Positions 56,501 to 64,000 of a stretch of DNA of 64,000 bases are shown here, piece by piece. The notes under the pieces were generated by a model. The model ran no database searches and was not told where the DNA came from. It saw only the letters and a list, made by a program, of their open reading frames with translations. This DNA comes from Eledone cirrhosa (Eukaryota): the NCBI GenBank assembly GCA_964016885.1, contig OZ024751.1:3224001-3288000 (forward strand). The letters run 5' to 3'. The stretch's first letter is position 1; every line of letters begins with the position of its first letter. The translations under genes were made by a program, and so were the position numbers.

Positions 56501-57193
56501 AGTTTCTTTCATTTTCATCCATTCGATCATAATTTCATCCTTCAAGTTGGCAAGTTCATTCTCATTCATTTCTTTATCATTTACGATCTCATTATTTTCA
56601 TTTGGAGTTTCATCCTGAGCATGCACTCCCTCCACTTTTTCGCTCCTTTCTTTAATTTGTTCTGTTGCCAGTGATTCCGCCCCAACTCTGGGATTCGAAG
56701 TGTTACAGTTTACCTCGTTTTCACTGACACTTGCTTCATTTTCCCTTCGCTGACTTTGTGCTACTAGCTTGATCTGATCAATTTCTATATCAGTTAGTAA
56801 CTTTTTTCTTACAATATTTCTTCGTATATTGGCTAGTTTGTTACTGTCAATATAGCCTCTGTTTTTGGGATGTTTCTTTTTCCAGTTGATATATGTTTGC
56901 TCTGTATTCGATGTATTTGATGGGTAGTACATGGCAGTATAGAAAGCCTCAAGGACTTCTTTATTATCTTCCCTTGACCATTTTTCTCTCTTTTTCTTTG
57001 GATTTCTTGGTGGTGAGCATGGAGGGCCAACAGTAGGACTATTCCGGTTATGGGAGGTCTCCAGCTCCGAAGTGATGGGAAGGTTTGAACCATTAGCTGA
57101 TTTTTCGACCCCAGTCTGGTTCCTCTCTGAGGGACGCGGCCCTTTTTTACCCGGGTGACGGCCGATCCGGTATGAGATTTCATCATTAGACAT
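53543..57193 (-). CDS. R4/Dong-type protein: reverse transcriptase + CCHC knuckle + restriction-like endonuclease, 1216 aa, uninterrupted
   Basis: [38 protein letters not shown]; CRVCKKQPETIDHIISMC; RHD; NRPD...LIDMSVP...KLSKY. Confidence 0.95.
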   Translation of the reverse strand: MSNDEISYRIGRHPGKKGPRPSERNQTGVEKSANGSNLPITSELETSHNRNSPTVGPPCSPPRNPKKKREKWSREDNKEVLEAFYTAMYYPSNTSNTEQTYINWKKKHPKNRGYIDSNKLANIRRNIVRKKLLTDIEIDQIKLVAQSQRRENEASVSENEVNCNTSNPRVGAESLATEQIKERSEKVEGVHAQDETPNENNEIVNDKEMNENELANLKDEIMIEWMKMKETDMGERDTLPKIQNSKQNQKIIHKTNIILKNIIITNKINITDLNHLYYASAKVTTHLCGVKMKKQRNSHKKSTWQDNINRQINLLRSDIEILTNYKVGEHVKQTKLRKLKKKYSIRSTCDIDMLIETIKQKVSAKAARIRRFEKRSRFYKDNNMFKNNQRNFYRKIGKSTITAKSIPPKEEVQEFWEKIWAEEKVHNIHAPWIDRQMKETAHLEEQTWENITVEQLRLALRKTSKWKSPGKDKIQNFWINAFTESHELLAQLYNEIVKEPEKIPSWLVNGITFLLPKNDETNNPKNYRPITCLTTMYKILTSVLTEYTYDHLITNDLFPIEQKGCKRGSYGCKDQLLVNKMILEDCHNRHKNLSIAWIDYKKAFDSLPHSWIEKCLEIFKISPVVRRFLSFSMRTWRTTLLLNSETKSLEAGEVNINCGIFQGDSLSPLLFYIALIPLSKMLNETKHGYRVYDKTINHLFYMDDLKLFAKNDEQLQGLLSTVKQFSDDIKMEFGLDKCAKATFTRGKLLKSSDINLDRGNVIRELDQEQTYKYLGVCEGDGIKHSTMRERIRKECYRRVRAILRTELNARNRIDAINTLAIPVVTYSYNVINWSSTEIRRLDTKIRKFLTMHRMHHPKADIDRIYLPRKEGGRGLIQLDIVLKTATIGLSTYLRESHDWMIKLVLKHESTKRSYSITKDAQRYSNGLQISEVPFTAEMENTEKAKQVKVTAKKELLQKLAKKWQEKPLYGKYPERANNPDVDKTLTHQWLASSGLKSETEGLIISAQDQCLPTKNYQANIIKNGCSPLCRVCKKQPETIDHIISMCSPIAPTEYLNRHDRAAQYIHWIMCKHFDLPHQKNWWEHQPPPILEKDHISILWNFSIQTDRKIDANRPDIILKDFQRRVCLLIDMSVPIDKNVSIKTFEKLSKYKDLEIEIGKMWKLRTKTIPVVVGALGMIPKGSNDYLSQIPGNPRIGEIQKIVLMGTAHILRKILSI

Positions 57194-57446
57194 CTACTTT
57201 ATTTTGTCGCGTTTTATCCTTATCCGCCAAGGGGTAATCTTTTCGTGTTACCACTTCTAGAACGAGTGTCAACCAAGACTAGAGGGGTCGTTCTCCCCTA
57301 GAGACATGGCTATTCCCCGCCGGCCGCCATCCCGGTATTTCTTGGTCACGGGGTTTTATTTTTGTTGTTTTTTTTTAAATTGTTATTATCATGAGTGGTT
57401 CCTTAATGTGAGCATTGCGTGGCTTAAGAATGAAATTATTAATAAT

Positions 57447-57491
57447 TGTCTCCACTCCAGGGACAAGGCCAGCAATCACCCAGTGCATTAC
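57447..57491 (-). mobile_element. 45-bp 3'-end SINE insertion flanked by an AATAAT duplication
   Basis: reverse complement gtaatgcactgggtgattgctggccttgtccctggagtggagaca matches the SINE tail at ~41506-41550; absent from the sister Dong copy at ~23765-23785. Confidence 0.8.
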
Positions 57492-58219
57492 AATAATATA
57501 ATATACTTTTTGTTGTAGTTGGCTGTTATTGCTGCTGGCTATGTCGGTGGTGGTGCCGGGGCTTTTTATATTGTTGGTGAGGAAGGGGTGAGCCAGCAGT
57601 CCCATAATTGTTGATGTAGACGTTTGTCCGTGGCAAGGTCACCAAGTCAATCTATTTATATCTTTTGCTAGCCTCTCTCTTGTCTAGTGCTACCACCACC
57701 TTCCCTTTTCTCTCTCAAGTTAACAGGGGAATAGTGTCAGTAGCATTGAATGAGTGGTGGCGGCGATGATGGATGTGGTGGAATGGTGGCAGCGGTGGTG
57801 TTGTGGTTATTGATATAGTATCTATGAGTTTGTGTTCGTATGTTTAATATATATTTTCATTATATTTTGTGTTGACATATTCCCGTAAAATTTGAATTAA
57901 ACATTTTTTTAAATTTGAGACAATAATAATAGTAATTATTATTATGATGCCGGTGAAGTTGCCGTTATATTTAGTGTGATGGGATAGGTAGTGTATCAAG
58001 TTTCTGGTGTTGGTGAAATTGAAATTGCCGCTGTTCTATATAGTGTAGACAGAGGGTGTTTTGTTCCATTTATAACCATTTTCTTTTTTTGAATACAAAA
58101 TATATCATACAAAATTGAATATTTGAGCGATATAACAATATAATATGGATACAACAATATAATATGGATCCGAAACTTTATGGGACCTCATTCGGTGCCT
58201 TTATGCAACATTTGTGCTA

Positions 58220-58270
<51 letters not shown>

Positions 58271-61200
58271 GTTCTTTGAGTCTCGGTCACTGATGTTAGT
58301 TAACTGGAAAGTTTGTTGAAATGAATATCAAGCCACAACCTGCAGCCTCAGATATTCAGGACGTATCGGAGAGTTCTTGCTGTTCCCAGCAAGCATGCCT
58401 TTTGAAACGTTCCAAAAAGCGTGAAGGGGCCAATTTTCTTTAACCATCCCTGGAAACTTTTTGAGATAGTACCTAGTGCGCCTATGACAATCGGGACCAC
58501 TTTGACTTCATGGCAGTTCCAAATCCTTTTTACCTCCCACTTTAAGTCCTGGTATCGGTTAATTTTCTCCCTCTCCTTCTCTTGCACTCTCGTGTCGAAT
58601 GGGCAGGCCACATCCACAATCAGGCACGATCTTTTTTCTTTGTCCAAAACCACCAGGTCAGGTCTATTGTGTTCCAGTTTCTTGTCCGTCTGTATCCTAA
58701 AATCCCACAGCACCTTCACCTGATCGTTTTCTATCGCCGACTCTGGCTTATGCTCATACCACTTCTCAGAATGTGGTAAATTGTTTACTTTGCATAGGTG
58801 CCAGTGGATCACCCTGCCCATCACATCATGTCTCCAGCCCTTATAGTGAGTCTGGGCTAGGTGTTTACACTCGGATACAATGTGAGCCACAGTCTCCTCT
58901 CTCTCTCCACAGATCCTGCACAGTGGGCTAGCCTCCGCCTTGTAAATATGGTGTTTCAACCACTTCGTTTTGAGGGCCTGCTCTTGCGCAGCCATTAACA
59001 TTCCTTCTGTAGCCTTTTTAAGGTCTCCTCTTTTCAACCAGTTCCATGTCTGTGGATCTCTGAATTCAGTTTTCTCAAAGAAGGAACTATGAAGGGATTT
59101 TTCCTGAAGGCTGCTCTTTCTCCTCGTTGTTATTTCCTCCTTGGACATCCCCTGGTCTATTGTCCCCTCCTTCAGTACAATTCTGTGCATTGGCTCATTA
59201 CTATCAGTCACGTATTTGTGTAGGTTGTTTTTCTCCATCTGAACACAGTCCTCTATGCTGATAAGACCTCTTCCACCTTCAGATCTCCTTATCGACATCA
59301 CTCCTTCAGATCTCCTATCGACATCACTCCTCTTGTGGAACATGTTGTAGATAGTCAATAGCTTCCTAGTCTTCCTATCCATTTCTTTTTGTTCAGCAAC
59401 ATTCCATCTCAGAATTCCCGCACTGTACCTAATAATAGACACAGCTCGGGAATTTACTGCACTTATGGCATTTCTACTGTTCAGATGTGACTTTAATACG
59501 CTCCTTACTCTCCGAATATATTCAGTTCTTATCAATTCCTTCATTTTTTTGTTCTTGATGTCATCAGCCTCCAGAACACCCAAATACTTGTATCCTTCTT
59601 CAGTGTCAATTTCCTTTATCATCTCACCTGTTGGTACCTGGATTCCGTTGCTTCTGCTCAATTTACCCCTCTTCATCACAAGCACTCCACACTTACTAAT
59701 ACCAAATTGCATACATATATCATTGCTGAAAATACGCACAGTGTCAACAAGCACATCCAGCTCCTTCTCACTCTTCCCGAAGAGCTTAAGATCGTCCATG
59801 AAGAGGAGGTGATTGATGGTAAGCTCTCCCTTTCCCAACTTGTATCCTGCTCTCACTTTTAGCAGTATAATGGTCAGGGGCATCAGGGCAAGGACAAACA
59901 ACAGAGGGGACAGACTATCTCCCTGGAAGATACCTCTCTTGATCTTCATGTTTCCCAAGGATTCTCCAGCTGTTTCCCAGGACTTCATACTTTTGCCCAA
60001 CAATTGTCTGATGTTATCTGCCACCTTGAATATCTCTAGGATTTTGGTGATCCAAGAATGAGGAACCATGTCAAATGCCTTTTTGTAGTCTATCCATCCC
60101 ATGGCAAGACCAGTGTGTCTCCTCTTGCAATTCCTCATTACCATCTTATCAATAAGTAACTGGTCCTTTGTACCACGTGACTTCTTTCGGCATCCTTTTT
60201 GTTCGTCCGGTAACAAGTTGTTTGTGTGGAGGTGATGGTAGATTTCCTCAGCATAATGCTTGTCAACAGTTTCCACATTACGGACAGACATGTGGTAGGT
60301 CTATAGTTGGTAACATCATTACCCTTGATTCGGTCCTTCATTACCAGAACTGTGGTACCTTTTGTCAACCACTCTGGTACCTCACCTGACATCAAGCAGT
60401 CATTGAACATGGTTGTCAGTTTCGGGTGGAGGGATGTTATATTTTTAATCCAATACCCCTGCACACCATCTGGGCCTGGTGATTTCCAGCTGGTTAGTTT
60501 TTTGGCCTGCCCCTTAAGAGTTTCAACTGTGATACTCAAATCAGTTTTTTGGTGTGCCTGTTCACTAATCTCCTTCTGTACTGTCTCAATCCACACTGCC
60601 TGGTCATTATGTTTAACATCCTGCTCCCATATTCCTCTCCAGAATGTTTTAGTTTGTTCCGCCTCAGGGATCAAGTCGTTGCCTCTTTCTTTCCCCTCAA
60701 GCTGTCCAAACAGCATCTTCTGGTTGTTGTCAAACATGCGGTTCTGTCTATACTGACTGACTCTGCTCTCGTATCGCCTAATTTTTGCACTCTTTGCTAC
60801 AATGCCTTGCTTCAGTTCCTCTATGATAATATTTAGCTTTTTCCTCCTAGTTTTGTACTTTATTTCCAGTCTATTTTTAGTGTCCATGTTTTTTAGTGTC
60901 CCATTCAGTAGGGACTCAAGCTTTCCAATGTCATTTCTCATTTCCCTGATTTGACCACTCACTCGTTTCTTCCACCCAGGTTCTGATCTTTCTTGTTTGT
61001 TGTTTCCTCTCGCTTTTATACCAAGTAATTTCCTCACCGCATTTGCTGTTGCTTTGAGGATATTGTTGCACTGGTGAAGGCTCCTCGCCTCAAGGTATGG
61101 GATGACTTTGTTTACCTTAGCTGTTGTTTCTTTTAACTTTTTCCTGTCTACAAATCTTAGGTTCATAGGTTTCCCACTATCATTGTTCAATTCATCTACC

Positions 61201-63050
61201 ACTAAGTTTAGGACATCAACCAAATCTTGTCCTAGCTCGTCAGCATTCATCTCCTCAATGACCGTATCTTTGTTCCAGGTATTATTTATTTCAGCATTCA
61301 GATCATTGTCTGCTTCGGCCAATTTTTGTTCATCTAATTTAAATAGACCAATCTCGTTCCAGATGTTATGCATCCGTTTCCTATAGCCTTTCTCCTTGGG
61401 GTTACTCTTCAGGTAACATTGCATAACAGTTCTATTCAATTCTTTCGTCCAGTTGGTTCTGGTCCCTTTCTTTCTTCCTCTTCCTCCGATACCAGCAGTA
61501 TTTGGTTGACAGCCAGGTCTTTGCTGCTGAGCCAGGGAGCACCTGCTGGGTGATAGTCTGTCACAATACATTCTAGTCTCCACTTCACCGTTATTCGAAC
61601 TGTTTAGGTCCCACATTTAAACACTCTTATCGAGGATTGGTGAATGTATGGTTACATAACCACCGGTGATTTCATCACTCCCGGTGATTTTTGTGTGGCA
61701 CTATCACGCTGTAGACGAACATAAATAAACAAACAAACAGGCAAAAAAAAACCTAAAAAGAATAAGCATAAATTTCATTGTAATGTAATGTTTGAATGTC
61801 TGACTTAGTTTTTCCCTTCCCTTCCCTTCTCTGTCCGTCTGTTTGTTTTTCTCTTCATTTTTCTTTTCTTTCTTTTCTTTACGTTTTTCGTTGTTGCTGT
61901 GCTGCTTTGATTTTGATTTTTGTTTTTTTGATTTTTTGACCGGGTCATCAAATCAGTCTATTTATATATTTTGATGCCTTCCTCTTTTAGTGGGGACACT
62001 ACGATGCATGTGTTAGCAGGAGGTAGTGGGAGAGAATAGCGGCGGTAGTGATAATGAGGCAGTGGTGGTGGTGGTGCTGTACTAGTAGTACTTAGCAGGA
62101 GGTAGTGGGAGAGAATAGCGGCGGTAGCGATAATGAGGCAGTGGTGGTGGTGATGTGATCATAGTACTGTAGTGATGGTGTTGAAGTTGAAGTAGAAATA
62201 GAGGTTGAGGTAACTTGACTAGAGTTTTTAGCGTGGCAATGGTGTTGGTGGTGAAATTATCTTCTCTGTCCACTTAGCTATTTAGCTATTTAGTCATTTT
62301 GCCATTTTCCTCCTTTTCGACTCTAACATTCCTGATCCAAAAATTAAATATTAATATTGTTTATTAATATTGTCTAGTGATACCGCCACCTTCCCCTTTC
62401 GTAAGTTAACAGAAGGTAATGGAGGAATAGCGGTGGTAGCAATGAAGGAGTAGTGGCGGCGGTGATGGGATAGTGGTAGCAATGATGGATGGGGTGGTGG
62501 CGGCGGTGACTATAGTGATGGCGTTGTCGTTACTGAGTTTTGTTGAATAGACTGTAGTTTGTTTGATCGGCGAATATATGCGGTTAGTCGCGTATGTTTA
62601 ATATATGTGTTGACATATTTTCTTAATATTGGAATTAAACATTTTGTGAAAACTTGAGACAATAATAATAGTAATTATTATTATTATGCTGGGATTGGTG
62701 GTGGTAGTGGTGAAATTGCCGTTATCTGGCTGTTGTATTTAGTGTACACAGAGGGATGATGGGATAGGTGGTGTATCTAGTTTGTGGTGTTGGTGAAATT
62801 GCTGTTATTTGGCTGTTCTATATAGTGTAGACAGAGGGGGTTTTCTTCCATTTAAAACCATTTTCTTTTTTGAATATAAAATGTATAATGCAAAATTAAA
62901 TATTTGAGCGATATAACAGAATATTATGGATCCGAATTTTCTGATAGTTGAGTCTGTTGCTAAGAATTGCTATTTCACAATTGATTTAAATATGTTAAAA
63001 ATCAAAAACTTACGGGAGCGATTTCATGACCTTCTATCCACCACGTGCGC
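58271..63050 (-). mobile_element. Near full-length R4/Dong family B element (one frameshift near 60250)
   Basis: ORFs 60138-61616 and 58348-60291 together cover N-terminus, RT, CCHC and RLE; upstream region shares blocks with the family A leader; 5' boundary inferred. Confidence 0.88.
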
Positions 63051-63051
63051 C

Positions 63052-63059
63052 TTCTTCTT

Positions 63060-63143
<84 letters not shown>

Positions 63144-63146
63144 TTT

Positions 63147-63185
<39 letters not shown>

Positions 63186-63196
63186 GTTATTGTTAT
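63052..63196. repeat. Compound (TTC)n(TTA)n microsatellite
   Basis: direct reading. Confidence 0.95.
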
Positions 63197-63433
63197 TCCT
63201 TGAATCTCAGTCATTGATGTTGGTTAACTGGAAAGTCCGTTGGATTGAATATCAAGCCACTACCTGCAGCCTCAGATATTCAGGACGTATCGGAGGGTTC
63301 TTGCTGTTCCAAGCAAGCATGCCTTTTGAAGCGTTCCAAAAAGCGTGAAGGGGCCGATTTTCTTTAACCATCCCTGGAAACCTTTGGAGATAGTCCCCAG
63401 TGCGCCTATGACAATCGGGATCACTTTGACTTC
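63197..63433 (-). mobile_element. 5'-truncated Dong family B 3' end flanked by (ATT)n on both sides
   Basis: matches 32532-32768; followed by attattattgttattat. Confidence 0.9.
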
Positions 63434-64000
63434 ATTATTATTGTTATTATGTCAGGTCGTTCTTCAGCGCTACTGGTAACACTGGTAACATGCAACCCAA
63501 TACAACATGTGCATGATCGGGTCGTCGGCGACTAAATCGGCAACCCTCCAAGCTTGCTTGTGAGGAGGGGGAATTTGGACACCCTTCAGGACAAAAGACA
63601 AAACCCATCAAAGGGGAGGAACTCAGCAGAGCCAACGGCCATCCAATAATTTGTTTTTTTCTGTGGCGCGAGGGACTGCTAGTCTTCATTAAGACATATC
63701 TCTATGAGAAGGTCACTCTGATATAAAACCTGCGGCTTCATTTGCATCCAATGATGTAGATCAGTTTTTTTCTTTTTGGGTAAATGCATTCGATGTTCAG
63801 AGAGTGGGACTGGCCCCGTGCAAAGCCTTTCCTTACTTAAAAAAGCTTCAAGCACAGGTATTACTTAATATGTGACATTTTTTACGATGCATGATATTAC
63901 TGGACATAAGCAAGCAGGACTAAAAAAAAAAAATATCCGTGATACTTATGCTTAAGTATCAAGCTCGAAATCGAGTTGCAGCCATCATATATATATATAT

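Larger units (their letters stand above)
53402..58218 (-). mobile_element. Full-length R4/Dong family A retrotransposon, (ATT)n at both ends
   Basis: intact ORF; ~140-bp 3' UTR; ~1-kb upstream region runs to the next (ATT)n tract. Confidence 0.9.

Noticed and set aside
63450-63960. Possible 5' region of another LINE with an HDV-like ribozyme (GTCG-tcgg-CGAC-TAA)
   Set aside because: Only a short hairpin is visible; P1/P2/P3 pairings and an ORF could not be supported

Overview
Animal genomic DNA made almost entirely of repeats. The microsatellite load and SINE content suggest a cephalopod/octopus-like genome (inference). No host protein-coding gene is supportable. The window has two halves. 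(1) 1-~17.9 kb is rich in (TA)n/(CA)n and holds decayed CR1/L2, RTE and Penelope-like (PLE, Naiad-like) fragments, tRNA-derived SINEs, fold-back elements and a head-to-head array of ~310-bp repeats, each carrying a type I hammerhead ribozyme fold. (2) ~18-63.4 kb is a near-continuous array of non-LTR retrotransposons from two unrelated groups: Tx1/L1-type elements (gag-like ORF1 + APE-RT-zinc finger ORF2), all on +, and R4/Dong-type elements (RT + CCHC + PD-(D/E)xK restriction-like endonuclease), all on -. Most junctions are (ATT)n tracts read on the + strand. One Dong-type copy has an intact 1216-aa ORF. The abundant SINE shares its 3' tail with the Tx1 elements. Most short ORFs in the track are microsatellite or antisense artefacts. 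Element boundaries are approximate and were read by eye.
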